A DNA stretch of 64,000 nt from Anaeromyxobacteraceae bacterium (GTDB lineage Bacteria; Myxococcota; Myxococcia; Myxococcales; Anaeromyxobacteraceae): contig JAULAX010000015.1 in assembly GCA_032654565.1 (NCBI GenBank), positions 1,120,001 to 1,184,000 on the forward strand, in the 5' to 3' direction. Both the position numbers and the translations under genes were made by a program. How positions within the stretch are numbered: position 1 is the first letter of the stretch; each line of letters begins with the position of its first letter. This document shows positions 18,455-28,809 of this stretch, in pieces. The notes beneath the pieces are model-generated. The model had not been told where the DNA came from, did not search any database, and saw only the letters and a list, made by a program, of their open reading frames with translations.

Positions 18455-19353
18455 AACCTCGTCGATACGCGACGGCGCCGGCCTTCAAGGCCGCGCTCGA
18501 CCAGAGGCTGCGAATGGTGGCCTCCGCTGGCGCCGACATCACCCGGCGCCGCCAGCTGCTCGTGTTCGACCGCTACCTGGCGCGGCTCGCCAGAGTGCTC
18601 GGCGACGCGGCGACGCTCAAGGGCGGCCTGGTCCTCGAGGTGCGGCTCGACCGGGCGCGGACGACTCGCGACATCGACCTTCGCCTGGTCGGGACGCCGG
18701 CCGGCCTGCTCGAGCGCCTCCAGGAGGCCGGGCGCCTGGACCTTTCGGACTTCATGAACTTCGAGGTCCGCGTCGATGCCCGCCACCCTGACATCGCTGG
18801 GCCTGGCGTGCAGTACGAGGGCCAGCGCTTCCGCGCCGAGTGCAAGCTCGCGGGCATGCTCTATGGCCAGGCCTTCGGCGTGGACGTGGCCTTCGGCGAC
18901 CCGATGCTGGGCGAGCCGGAGGTGGTGCGAGGGGAGGACCTGCTCGCCTTCGCCGGCATCGAGCCGGCCGTCATGCGCCTGTACCCGGTGGAGACGCACC
19001 TCGCCGAAAAGCTGCACGCCTACACGCTGCCGCGACCGACGCCCTCGACGCGCGTGAAGGACCTGCCGGACCTGGCGTTGCTGGGACAGGCCGGCGACCG
19101 GGAGGCCTCCCGGATTCGGGCCGCCATCCAGCAGACCTTCGCCTACCGGCGGACGCATGACGTTCCGAGCCGCCTTCCAGAGCCGCCAGCGGCCTGGGAG
19201 GAGGCGTACGCCGCGATGGCCGACGAGGACTCACTGCCATGGCGGACCTTGGCGGCGGTCACGAAGGCGGCTCGCGCCTTCGTCGACCCGGTGCTCGAAG
19301 GAGAGGGCGAGGCACGCTGGAGCCCGGTGGACTGGGTGTGGCGGAGACCTTGA
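18451..19353 (+). CDS. abiEii: type IV TA AbiEii nucleotidyltransferase toxin
   Basis: LKGGLVL..R...RTTRDIDL, AEKLHA, STRVKDLPDL. Confidence 0.92.
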   Translation: MKPRRYATAPAFKAALDQRLRMVASAGADITRRRQLLVFDRYLARLARVLGDAATLKGGLVLEVRLDRARTTRDIDLRLVGTPAGLLERLQEAGRLDLSDFMNFEVRVDARHPDIAGPGVQYEGQRFRAECKLAGMLYGQAFGVDVAFGDPMLGEPEVVRGEDLLAFAGIEPAVMRLYPVETHLAEKLHAYTLPRPTPSTRVKDLPDLALLGQAGDREASRIRAAIQQTFAYRRTHDVPSRLPEPPAAWEEAYAAMADEDSLPWRTLAAVTKAARAFVDPVLEGEGEARWSPVDWVWRRP

Positions 19354-19496
19354 CGGGAGACGACCGCGAGACAGCGCTGGAGCTCACTCGCGCCCGTCGC
19401 GGTCGAGTGGAAGCCCCAACAAGCCGAAGCATCGACCTTGCTGGGCTCGGCGCTTCGCCTGCCTCCGCGGTCTCGGCGTTCGGCGCCCCGCGCTCC

Positions 19497-22400
19497 TCAC
19501 CCTCCGTCGAGCATCCGCCTGAGCCGCCCGATCGCCGAGCGGGCCAGGCCCGGTTCGCTCCGCGGCCCCGGGATCTCGCAGCGCCGCAGCCCATCGACGT
19601 AGGCGTCGGAGTGGGCCTCCGGATCCGCGAGCAGCCGCGCCGGCCCGACACCCTCTCGGTCGAGCCAGGCGAAGAACCGGCCCACCGCCCTGGGGTAGCT
19701 CCGGACGGTGCCGCGCTGGCGCACCGCGCCGCGCCGGTGGTCGGCCTCGAGCTGCCGCTCGAAGCGGTCGAGCAGCGCGGCGTAGCCGGCCTCGGCCAGG
19801 CCGGCGGACGAGGAGGGGTCACCGCCCGGGCGCGCCCCGTTCACGGGCCCGGCGTCGGGCCCCCAGCCCGCCACCTCCTCCGCGGCCCGCGGATCGGGCG
19901 CGCTGGTCTCCTCGAGATCGGCGGCGGTGGCCTCCACGGCCGAGGGGAATCCCGGGGCCCCGGCCGCGCCCGACTCGCCGGCCCGGACCAGCGCCATGAG
20001 CTCGTCGGCCGAGAGCGCCCCGGCGGCGGCCATGCCATCCAGCACTCCGGCCACCAGCGCCCGCTTGCGGCCGTGCAGCCCGAGGATGGCCTCCTCGATG
20101 GTCCCCTGCGCCACCAGCCGGTAGACGGTCACCGGCCGGCGCTGGCCGATGCGGTGGGCCCGGTCGGAGGCCTGATCCTCCACGGCGGGGTTCCACCAGG
20201 GGTCCAGGTGGACGACGTAGTCCGCGGCGGTGAGGTTGAGGCCGGTCCCACCGGCCTTGAGCGAGATGAGGAAGAGCTGCCCCTCGCCGGCCTGGAACCG
20301 CTGGACCAGCTCGTCCCGCTGGCGGGCCGGGGTCTGGCCGTCCAGGTAGAGGTGGCTGTGGCCGGCGGCGTCGAGCGCATGGCGGACCAGGGCGAGGTGG
20401 GAGGTGAACTGGCTGAAGACCAGGGTCCGGTGGCCGCCCTGGCAGAGCCCGCCGACCAGGTCCATGAAGCGGGCCAGCTTGGCGGATTCGAGCCGGCTCC
20501 CGGGCTCGTGGAGCCGCGGGTGGCAGGCCAGCTGCCGGAGCTGGGTGATGGCGGCCAGGACCTGGAAGCGGCGCTGCTCCGGCCGGACCCGCTCGCCGAG
20601 GCCTGTCAGCCTGGCCACCGCCGCCAGCCGGGCCTGCTCGTAGTTGGCCCGCTCCTCCGGCGGCAGGACGATGGGCAGCGTGATGTCCTCCCGGATCGGC
20701 AGCTCCGGCGCCACCTCCGACTTGGTGCGGCGCAGCAGGAAGGGCCGGAGCGTGGCGGCCAGCGCGCGGCGCCGCCCGTCGTCCTGGTCCCGCTCGATAG
20801 GCAGCGCGAAGCGGGCCCGGTAGAGCTCCCAGCTGCCGAGCAGCCCCGGGAAGACGATCCGGTAGAGGCTCCAGAGCTCGCCAAGGTGGTTCTCCACCGG
20901 CGTGCCGGAGAGCGCCACCCGGAAGGTGGCCTGCAGCTCGCGCGCGGCCCTGGCGCGCCGGGTGGCGGCGTTCTTGACGGCCTGCGCCTCGTCGAGGACC
21001 AGCGTCGCGAAGCGCAGCGCCTTGAGCCGGTCCAGGTCGAGCGCCAGCAGCCCGTAGCTCGCCACCAGGACGTCGCCGGGCCCCAGTGTCGCCAGCGCCT
21101 CGGCCCGCTCCGAGTCGCGGAAGAGCGTCACCCGGAGCGAAGGGGCGAACCGGCGCGCCTCGGCCGCCCAGTTGGCGCAGACCGAGGTGGGCGCCACCAC
21201 CAGCGCCGGCCCCTCGGCCGCGCGATGGCACAGCAGCGCCAGCGCCTGCAGTGTCTTGCCGAGACCCATGTCGTCGGCCAGCACACCGCCGGCGCCCCAG
21301 GCCGCCAGCCGGACCAGCCAGCGGAAGCCCTCCACCTGGTAGGGGCGGAGCTTGCCCTTGAAGGCGGCCGGGACCCTGGGGTTGCGGCGCGAGGCCGCTC
21401 GCATCTGCTCGCGCAGGGTGGCGAAGGCGCCGTGGGCGTCGAGCGTGGCGCCGTCGCGGGCCAGGTCGTCCAGGAGCCCGAGCGCCGAGGGGCCGACCTC
21501 CAGGTCGCGGCCGGAGTGGACACTGAGCTGGGCCAGCGGAGCCAGCCGCTCGGCCAGCTCCGCCGAGATGGCGAGCCAGGCGCCGCCCTCCAGCCGGACC
21601 ACGCTGCGCCGCTCGCGGAGCGCCTCGAGCAGGAGCGCCAGCTGGACCCGCTCGCCGTCCACCTCCACGTGGCCGTCCAGGCCGAACCAGTCGCCGCGAT
21701 CCCGCACGGCGACCCGCAGCCCCTGCACGCCGGAGGTGCGGACCAGCCGCGGCGCAGGGCCGGTCCACTCCACCGTCACCTCCTCGCGGCTGAGCCGCCG
21801 GAGCGCCTCGAGGACCGCCAGGGCGCGGCCGTCATCCGGGACGCTCACCCGGAAGCCCGGGTGCTCCGCGGCGCCCTCGAGGGGCAGTCCGCTCAGCAGG
21901 GCCCGGGCGGCGTCGGTCTCCTGCTCGGGCGCGCGCCGGCAGCTCCTCCGGCCGGCCGGCGTCGAAGCCACCAGCCGCGGCGGTCCCTCGCCCGGCGGGT
22001 AGGCCGGCGCCTCGGGCAAGGGCTGGGCCAGCACCTGGAGCGAGAGGCCGACCTCGCGCAGCGCCAGGCGCACCACCAGACCCGCGCCCGGCGGGACCTC
22101 CTCGCCGGCCAGGGCGGGGTCGAGTTCCAGCGGGACCAGCGCCTGGAGCGCCCCCAGCCGCTCCAGGAGCGCGCTCTCGGCCTGCGGCGGGAAGCGCTGG
22201 CCGCGCCGCTCCAGCGCGGCGGCGATCGTCGCCAGCACCTCCGGCGCCTCCGGCCGGATCACCAGGACCCGCCGCCGCTCCTCGTCTACCCAGGTGAAGG
22301 TCTGATCGACCCCGAGCCCTTCGAGGCAACGCCGGAGCTGGGGGAGCGGCACGGGGGAGCCGCCGGCGACGGCCGTCACCTCCAGGCCACCCTCGGGCGC

Positions 22401-23573
22401 CGGGCGGACGCTCAGCGCCACGCCGGCCCGCTCCACCGTGAGCGGCGGCCCCTCGCCGTTCGAAGGGAACACCCGCGGGTGGCCGACCAGCGCCTCGACC
22501 GCCCGGCCGCCGACGCCGAGGCCGCTGCCGCCGTAGGAGAATGCGTAGAAGGTGCGCGTGTTGAGGCCGAGCTGCCGCAGCACCGCCTGGTCCTCCGCGG
22601 CCAGACCTCCCTCGGCCCGCTCCAGCTCGCGCGCGGTGAGCCGCCTGGGTGCGCCGTGGCTGCCGTCCTTGCGGCGCTGCTCCCGGTACGGCACCACGTG
22701 CACGTTGCCCACTCGCCAGTCTGCGACCCGGAAGGAGAGGCGCAGCGCCGGCACCCCGCCAGCTGGCGGCGACCGGGGCGGCGCGATGGCGCCGAGCTCG
22801 GCGAGCGCCCGCTGCCAGTCGGACAGCTCGACTTCGCGCGCCAGCGCCGTCCAGAGCGGCCCGGGCTCGGGGCGGCCCAGCTGCTCGAGCGCCACGTCGA
22901 GGGCGGCCAGCGCGTGGGCGCAGGGGCGGCGCGCCTGGCAGGTGCAACTCGGCGGCGGGAGCGGCGCCTCGAGCGCCCCCGCCACGGGGAGGACCACCGA
23001 AGGATCGCCAATGGCCTGGCTGGCGGTGCGCTGGCGCCGGCGCTCAAAGTAGTGCAGCCGTCTGGCGCCAGGCTCGACGATCAGCGCGTGGCTCGGGAGC
23101 CGGTCGAGCGCTCGGGGCGCCACCTGCCGGCGGAGCTCGGCCCGGAGCGCCGCGAGCCGCCGCGCCAGGATCGCCAGGGTCGGATCGGTCGGGCCGGGCC
23201 GCGGCTCGGCGTCCGCCTCGGCGCGGATCCCCTCTGCGACCGCCGCCACCTCGCCCGCCAGGAAGGACCAGGCTGCGATGCGCAGCGGGCCGGCGCCATC
23301 GTGGCGCAGCAGGCCGACCACCGGAGCCAGCAGCTCGCCGATGGTGAGGCTGGTGCGGATCCAGGTGGGGCAGCCACCCGCCGCCTCCCGGGTGGCGCCG
23401 CTGGCGGAGCCGCCCACCACCGCGAGCTGATCGAGGACGCCGCGCGACTCGGCCCAGGCCGCCAGCCGCTGTTCGTCGAGGCGGGTCGCGGCCCGCCGCA
23501 AGTCGGCGCAGCAGGCGCCGAAAGGCAGGCCGCTGTCGCACGGGCAGGTCGGCGGGGCGGTGGGAGCGGACAT
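19497..23573 (-). CDS. SNF2-family helicase with SEC-C-like and SWIM Zn motifs
   Basis: CPCDSG.PF..CC, CTC....CAH, LADDMGLGKT, LDEAQ, SGTPVEN, FSQF, SLKAGGTGLNL, DRAHRIGQ. Confidence 0.92.
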   Translation of the reverse strand: MSAPTAPPTCPCDSGLPFGACCADLRRAATRLDEQRLAAWAESRGVLDQLAVVGGSASGATREAAGGCPTWIRTSLTIGELLAPVVGLLRHDGAGPLRIAAWSFLAGEVAAVAEGIRAEADAEPRPGPTDPTLAILARRLAALRAELRRQVAPRALDRLPSHALIVEPGARRLHYFERRRQRTASQAIGDPSVVLPVAGALEAPLPPPSCTCQARRPCAHALAALDVALEQLGRPEPGPLWTALAREVELSDWQRALAELGAIAPPRSPPAGGVPALRLSFRVADWRVGNVHVVPYREQRRKDGSHGAPRRLTARELERAEGGLAAEDQAVLRQLGLNTRTFYAFSYGGSGLGVGGRAVEALVGHPRVFPSNGEGPPLTVERAGVALSVRPAPEGGLEVTAVAGGSPVPLPQLRRCLEGLGVDQTFTWVDEERRRVLVIRPEAPEVLATIAAALERRGQRFPPQAESALLERLGALQALVPLELDPALAGEEVPPGAGLVVRLALREVGLSLQVLAQPLPEAPAYPPGEGPPRLVASTPAGRRSCRRAPEQETDAARALLSGLPLEGAAEHPGFRVSVPDDGRALAVLEALRRLSREEVTVEWTGPAPRLVRTSGVQGLRVAVRDRGDWFGLDGHVEVDGERVQLALLLEALRERRSVVRLEGGAWLAISAELAERLAPLAQLSVHSGRDLEVGPSALGLLDDLARDGATLDAHGAFATLREQMRAASRRNPRVPAAFKGKLRPYQVEGFRWLVRLAAWGAGGVLADDMGLGKTLQALALLCHRAAEGPALVVAPTSVCANWAAEARRFAPSLRVTLFRDSERAEALATLGPGDVLVASYGLLALDLDRLKALRFATLVLDEAQAVKNAATRRARAARELQATFRVALSGTPVENHLGELWSLYRIVFPGLLGSWELYRARFALPIERDQDDGRRRALAATLRPFLLRRTKSEVAPELPIREDITLPIVLPPEERANYEQARLAAVARLTGLGERVRPEQRRFQVLAAITQLRQLACHPRLHEPGSRLESAKLARFMDLVGGLCQGGHRTLVFSQFTSHLALVRHALDAAGHSHLYLDGQTPARQRDELVQRFQAGEGQLFLISLKAGGTGLNLTAADYVVHLDPWWNPAVEDQASDRAHRIGQRRPVTVYRLVAQGTIEEAILGLHGRKRALVAGVLDGMAAAGALSADELMALVRAGESGAAGAPGFPSAVEATAADLEETSAPDPRAAEEVAGWGPDAGPVNGARPGGDPSSSAGLAEAGYAALLDRFERQLEADHRRGAVRQRGTVRSYPRAVGRFFAWLDREGVGPARLLADPEAHSDAYVDGLRRCEIPGPRSEPGLARSAIGRLRRMLDGG

Positions 23574-23579
23574 GCGCGG

Positions 23580-23601
23580 AGGATAGCCGGGAGGGGTGAC
23601 G
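23580..23601 (-). promoter_or_regulatory. variant island promoter CGTCAC-N10-TATCCT
   Basis: ATG 6 nt after the -10 box. Confidence 0.45.
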
Positions 23602-23720
23602 GGACCGCGGTCGGATCACGCCACCGGCGCCCAGCTCGCCGAGTCGCCATCGCCGAAGCTGGCGGACGAACCGGAAGCGAGGGTGCTGCCGGCCGGTGGC
23701 GTCGAAAACGGTGAGACAGC

Positions 23721-24596
23721 TTACCGCTTCGGGGCCGGGCCATGTGAGGCCAAGGAGCCCCGCCTGGCAGCGCCCCGCCGGCCCGCCTTCCCGGCTCGCG
23801 GGGTGGTCCTCGGGGAGGCCGGCCTGGCCTGCGACGCCGGGGAAGGGCGCCGCGCGCCCTTCCGCTTCGGGGCCGCGTCCGCCTCGAGCTCGATTCCGAA
23901 GATGTCCTCGAGCCGACCCGGCGCCAGGCGCTTTGGGTTGGTCTTGGCCGCGGCGCCCTGGCCCACGCTGCCAGCCTCTGCGATGAGGTCGGCGCCGTCC
24001 ACGCCGCGCAGCGTGAAGAGCAGCTCCGGGGCGTGGTCGAGCCTCGCTCCCACGCCGTAGACCACGGCCGCCACGTGCTTGCAGACCCATTCGCCGTCGG
24101 GGCAGGAGCAGCGCAGCGCCATCTCCCCCTTGGCCGGGAAGAGCCCCTTCTCGCGGTGGCTCAAGACCTCCATGACCGCCGAGGAGAACCGGCCGGAGAG
24201 CAGCTCGACCAGCGTGCCGATCTGTCCGCCGCAGTGTCGGCGCACGGCCTTCCAGCGTGGTCCGGGGAGCGGCGCGATCTCGATGACCACTTCGTAGAGA
24301 TCGGTGCCTGAGACCAGTGCCCGCACCTGGCCCTTCGTGACCTCGAGGTCGACCACCAGACCATTCCTGACGTAGGACCGGCCGCGCTCCAGGCGGTTCA
24401 CCAGAGCGGCGTGGCCCTCCACGTACTCGCACCAGGCCTTGCCCCAGAACGTCGTTGCGATGGTTCGCCCATCGATCATGACTGGGCTCGGCTTCTTCCC
24501 TTTCCGGGCCAGGGTCTTCAGGCGTTGCTGCGCCCGCGCCCGGCGCGTTGCCACCGAGACGTACTCTGGAAAGCCGTAGTAGTCGCCGTATCCCAT
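23721..24596 (-). CDS. SWIM zinc-finger protein
   Basis: TFWGKAWC, NRLERGRSYVRNG, CSCPD...CKHVAA; AAGGAG RBS. Confidence 0.9.
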   Translation of the reverse strand: MGYGDYYGFPEYVSVATRRARAQQRLKTLARKGKKPSPVMIDGRTIATTFWGKAWCEYVEGHAALVNRLERGRSYVRNGLVVDLEVTKGQVRALVSGTDLYEVVIEIAPLPGPRWKAVRRHCGGQIGTLVELLSGRFSSAVMEVLSHREKGLFPAKGEMALRCSCPDGEWVCKHVAAVVYGVGARLDHAPELLFTLRGVDGADLIAEAGSVGQGAAAKTNPKRLAPGRLEDIFGIELEADAAPKRKGARRPSPASQARPASPRTTPRAGKAGRRGAARRGSLASHGPAPKR

Positions 24597-24607
24597 CGGG
24601 TGCTCCT

Positions 24608-27355
24608 TCAAGGGTCCTGGGCGGAGCTGTGGAGGTCGAGCGCCACCAGCCGGAGCAGCTCCCGGTCGTCGAGCTCGGTGAGCTTGACCTCCTCGCCGCC
24701 CTGCAGCAGCTCGCGTGAGAGCGTGCGCTTGTCCTCGAGCATCGCGTCGATCCGCTCCTCCACCGTGCCACGGCAGACCAGGGCGTGCACCAGCACATTC
24801 CGCTTCTGGCCGATGCGGAAGGCGCGGTCGGTGGCCTGGTTCTCCACCGCAGGGTTCCACCAGCGATCGAAGTGGATGACGTGCGAGGCCGCCGTGAGGT
24901 TGAGACCAGTGCCCCCGGCCTTGAGGGAGAGGACGAAGAACGGGACCTCCTCGTCCTCCTGGAAGCGCCGCACCAGCTCGCCGCGAGCCTTCACGCTGGT
25001 GGCGCCAGAGAGCACCAGTCCCGGCCGGCCGAAGCACTCGCCCAGATAGTGCGCCAGCGGCTCGGTCATCTCGCGAAACTGGGTGAAGACCAGCACCTTC
25101 TCCTGGCGGGAGGCCACCACCTCGGCGATCTCGGCGAGACGGGTGAACTTGCCGCTTTCGGCCGGCGCATAGCTGCCGTCGCCGAGCCACTGGGACGGGT
25201 GGTTGCAGATCTGCTTGAGCCGCATGAGGTAGGCGAGGACCAGGCCGCGCCGCTTCATCCGGTCGGCTGGGGATACGTCGCGGACCTCTCTCGCAAGCGC
25301 CTCGACCGACTCGGCGTAGAGCGCGGCCTGGCGCTTGCCGAGGGAGCAGTAGGCCTTGACCTCGGTCTTCTCCGGGAGGTCGGAGATGACGGTGCGGTCG
25401 GTCTTGAGGCGCCGCAGGATGTAGGGGCGGACCAGCTCCCGGAGTGCCCCGTAGGGCGAGGCCGTGGGCCGGCCCGATTCCGCGGCCCCCGGGTCGCCCG
25501 GCGCCGGACCGGCAGCTCGCTTCAGGAACGCGCCAAACTCCTTGGAGGAGCCGAGCAGCCCCGGGTTAACGAAGTCGAAGATGGACCAGAGATCGCCGGC
25601 GCGGTTCTCCACCGGCGTTCCAGTGAGGGCGAACCGAACCTTGGACTTGAGCGCCTTCACCGCGCGCGTCTGCCGCGCGCCAGGACTCTTGATGGCCTGG
25701 GCCTCATCGAGCACCACCAGGCCGAAGCTGGTGGCGGCGAGCCACGGGAACCGGTGCGCCGCGCCGTAGCTCACGACCACGAGGTCGTACTGGGCGAGCG
25801 AACCGGCCTCGAGCGCCGCCAGCTCCTCCCGGGAGGCGACCGACCCGTGGGCCACCAGGATGCGCAGCGAAGGCGCGAAGCGCGCGGCCTCGGCCTTCCA
25901 GTTGGCGAGCAAGGAGGCGGGTACGACGAGGAGGTGCGGTCCAGGGATGGCCGGATTGCGCTTGAGCAGCAGCAGCAGGGCCAGGATCTGGATGGTCTTG
26001 CCGAGCCCCATGTCGTCGGCGAGGCAGCCTCCGAGTCCGAGGCGGGTGAGGAGCCAGAGCCAGCGCACGCCGTCCCGCTGGTAGGGGCGGAGTCCGGCAT
26101 GGAGCGCGCTGCCTGGGTCGGCCGCCGCGGCGCCGGCCGGTCCCCGAAGCTCGGTGAGGGTCTGGGTGAGCCAGGCGCCTGCCTGGACCCCGACCCATTC
26201 GCGGTCGGCGAGGTCCAGGGCGGACCCTCCGGCCACGTCGGCGCCGGCCAGGAGGCGCATGGCTTCCATGAAGGAGAGGCCGTCGCTCGCGCTCCGCTGC
26301 GCCGCCTTCCAGCGCCGGAGGAGCTCCTCGAGCCGCTCCCGGTCCACCTCGACCCAGCGCCCTTTCAGGAGGACGAGGCCATCCGGGCCGGTCTGCAGGG
26401 CGCGCAGCTCGGCCTCGGTGAGCTTCTCGCCGCCCAAGGTCAGGTCGACGTTGAAGTCGAGGATCGCGTCGAGGCCGAGGCCGGCCGGGGCGCTGCGCCC
26501 CACCGAGACGCTCACCTGGGGTCGTGGAGGTCGCCGGCCACTCCACCAGTCGGGGACGCGGACGATGACGCCGCTCTCCTCGAGTGATGGGACCTCGCGG
26601 AGGAACCGCAGCGCCTCGGCCGGGGACCACGCCTGCGGCTGGAAGAGCCTTCCCGAGTCGGCCAGGGCCTTCACCAGCGCGCTCCGCTCGGAGGCCCGCT
26701 GGACCGGTACGAGGAGCGAGAGGAGCCGCTTGCGGTCGGCCGCCGAGGAGGCCGCGCGCACGGCGTCGCCCAGCGGGCGGTGCTGCGGCTTGCCGCTCGC
26801 GGCGAGGCCGGTGGTGTAGGTGGCCAGAAAGGCGAAGGGCCGGTCCGGATCGCGCTTGTTCTCGGCGAGGTGCAGGTGGACCCGGCCCACCACGCTCCAG
26901 GACGGATCGCGGGCCGCCAGCCAGTCCTGCACCGGGTCGCGGGTCGAGGTGATCTCCGAGCGCCAGGCCGCGAAGAGGTCGTTCCAGAGCGACAGCAGCA
27001 CCGCCTCGGAGAGGTACTCGCCGCCCGGGAGCGGAGGGGCTGTGGCCGCACGCCGGGCGAGCTCACCCTCCCGAGGCGCGACCTCGGCGCGATCCCGCTC
27101 CTCCTCCAGGCCAGGGTGGGCGCACAGGGTCCCCACGAAGTCGCGGGCGAAGTCGCGCCAGAAGGCGAAGACCGGGGGGAGCGCCGTGCGAGTCTCGGTC
27201 GTGCCGAGGTGCAGCAGCCCGGCGCCATGACCTGGGTCGAAGGCTCGCTCGAGGCGACGCCCCGTGGCCGGGTCCAGCTCCGGCTCGTGCGGCTCCGCCG
27301 AGCGGAGGCGGAGGTGGCCGGCTGGCGTGAGGACGAGGGTCAGGGCGGTGGGCAT
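24608..27355 (-). CDS. SNF2-family DEAD/DEAH helicase
   Basis: PFAFLATY, CLADDMGLGKT, LDEAQ, TGTPVEN, FTQF, DRWWNPAVENQATDRAFRIGQ. Confidence 0.93.
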   Translation of the reverse strand: MPTALTLVLTPAGHLRLRSAEPHEPELDPATGRRLERAFDPGHGAGLLHLGTTETRTALPPVFAFWRDFARDFVGTLCAHPGLEEERDRAEVAPREGELARRAATAPPLPGGEYLSEAVLLSLWNDLFAAWRSEITSTRDPVQDWLAARDPSWSVVGRVHLHLAENKRDPDRPFAFLATYTTGLAASGKPQHRPLGDAVRAASSAADRKRLLSLLVPVQRASERSALVKALADSGRLFQPQAWSPAEALRFLREVPSLEESGVIVRVPDWWSGRRPPRPQVSVSVGRSAPAGLGLDAILDFNVDLTLGGEKLTEAELRALQTGPDGLVLLKGRWVEVDRERLEELLRRWKAAQRSASDGLSFMEAMRLLAGADVAGGSALDLADREWVGVQAGAWLTQTLTELRGPAGAAAADPGSALHAGLRPYQRDGVRWLWLLTRLGLGGCLADDMGLGKTIQILALLLLLKRNPAIPGPHLLVVPASLLANWKAEAARFAPSLRILVAHGSVASREELAALEAGSLAQYDLVVVSYGAAHRFPWLAATSFGLVVLDEAQAIKSPGARQTRAVKALKSKVRFALTGTPVENRAGDLWSIFDFVNPGLLGSSKEFGAFLKRAAGPAPGDPGAAESGRPTASPYGALRELVRPYILRRLKTDRTVISDLPEKTEVKAYCSLGKRQAALYAESVEALAREVRDVSPADRMKRRGLVLAYLMRLKQICNHPSQWLGDGSYAPAESGKFTRLAEIAEVVASRQEKVLVFTQFREMTEPLAHYLGECFGRPGLVLSGATSVKARGELVRRFQEDEEVPFFVLSLKAGGTGLNLTAASHVIHFDRWWNPAVENQATDRAFRIGQKRNVLVHALVCRGTVEERIDAMLEDKRTLSRELLQGGEEVKLTELDDRELLRLVALDLHSSAQDP

Positions 27356-27366
27356 GGGAGCGGCAG

Positions 27367-27388
27367 AGGATAGCGGCTGGGTCGGACG
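27367..27388 (-). promoter_or_regulatory. variant island promoter CGTCCG-N10-TATCCT
   Basis: Intergenic and oriented into the SNF2-SWIM operon. Confidence 0.6.
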
Positions 27389-27534
27389 GCCGGCGGGGGG
27401 CGAGAGGGCCCACATCAGTTCCTCGGCGTGTTCGACGCCGGTCAGTGAACTCGCCCGAACGCTCGCCAGGGCCCGCCCTTTCGGCTGGACGTCAGGGGTC
27501 GGCTCGGGTAGGCGGTGAGGGAGGTTGGCCGACC

Positions 27535-28676
27535 ATGAGCCCCATCTACCGCTTCTCGATCCGATCGCTCCGCCACTTCGGCGTCTCCCGGGTTGTGGAG
27601 CTCGTCGGGCAGGCGTCTCTCGGGGAGTTGCAGGCGATCATCGTGCGGGAGTTCCGCCTCGATTGGGACCACGCCTGGGCTTTCTGGCTCGGCGGCGAGT
27701 GGTACGAGCGCGAGCTGGAGTACGGCGGCCATCCGGGCGATGGCGGCAGGGGGGAGGGCGCGCGCATCGAAGCGCTCGGCCTGGAGCCTGGCGACCTCCT
27801 GGCCCACGCGCACGACTTCGGCGAGCAGCGACGACACGTCATCACCTTGGTGGCCGTGAGCCCGCCCGAGGCTGGGGTCGCATACCCGAGGTTGGTGGAG
27901 CGGGTGGGCGAAGCGCCGTCCTACTATGGCGACGACGAGGAGGACGAGGAAGAGGAGCACGAGGTAGAGCCCCAGCCGACGGGAGTGGACCCGCCGCAGA
28001 GCCTCGTCCAGCGCGTGAAGAGGTGCTGGAAGCCTGCCCGACCCCCGGCCGACTTGGCGCGCTCACCCGGCTCTACTCGATGTCGGTGGGCGCCTGGCTC
28101 GAGGACGTAGCGCTGAGCCTCGGCCTCCTCGGCGAGCCCGCGGCGGCCGTGGCGATCGCCTCCCGCCTGGCTAGCTGGCGAGGCGCGCCTGACCCACTGG
28201 TCGAGCTGGCTGGTGAGTTGGTCGAGGCCGACCGTTCTCAGTACCCAGCGGCGCTCGCAGCGCTTCGAACTCTCTTGGCCGCCGCGGACGGCGTCCCGGA
28301 ATGGCGGTTCGGGCGTGTCGAGCGCGTCTGGGCGCGACTCCAGGCCGCCTCAGGCGATCCGACGGGAGCCGAGTCCAGGCTCCGGGCCTTGGTCGGGCGG
28401 CGCCACCTCGGCACGGAGGAGCGCGTCTCCGCCAGCGTGGCGCTCGCGGACCTGCTCGGTTCCCGCGGTGCGAGCGACGAGGCGGCGCTGCTCCGTGGTC
28501 ACGCAGCGGAGCTGGAGCGTCGGCGCGCCGAGCTGGCCGGCGGCACGGTGCGCAACGTCGGACCGCAGGTCGGCCGCAACGACCCCTGTCCGTGCGGGAG
28601 CGGGAGGAAGTTCAAGAAGTGCTGCGGCGGTGACGCCCCCTTCGCAGGAACTGGCGGGAGGCCGCACAAGGAGTGA
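27535..28676 (+). pseudogene. pRiA4b ORF3-like domain plus C-terminal SEC-C protein, frameshifted near 28020
   Basis: One frame gives [18 protein letters not shown]...HDFGEQRRH...[12 protein letters not shown]; another frame continues EVLEACP...[19 protein letters not shown]. Confidence 0.7.
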
Positions 28677-28751
28677 GTGCGAGGGGGCCGGCGGATAGTC
28701 GAAGGCCGCCCATCCGGGGCCTCCGCCGGGAGAGGCTCCGAGCAATGCGGC

Positions 28752-28809
28752 ATACCTCGACGGCAAAGATCCGGCAAAAGTGCCCTCCATGTTCCACCGT
28801 CGGCTCCAG
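28752..28809 (+). pseudogene. 58-bp remnant of the promoter region plus first 7 codons of the AAA/DUF4143 gene (paralogous to 38320-38377)
   Basis: Ungapped alignment with 8 mismatches; MFHRRLQ vs MFDRRLQ. Confidence 0.82.

Noticed and set aside
19239..23714. 1491-aa + strand ORF, and similar long ORFs at 99-2099, 5571-7904, 43154-45559, 59611-62271 and 59622-62636
   Set aside because: Antisense or alternate-frame shadows of motif-bearing genes; stop codons are scarce in high-GC DNA and the translations are low-complexity
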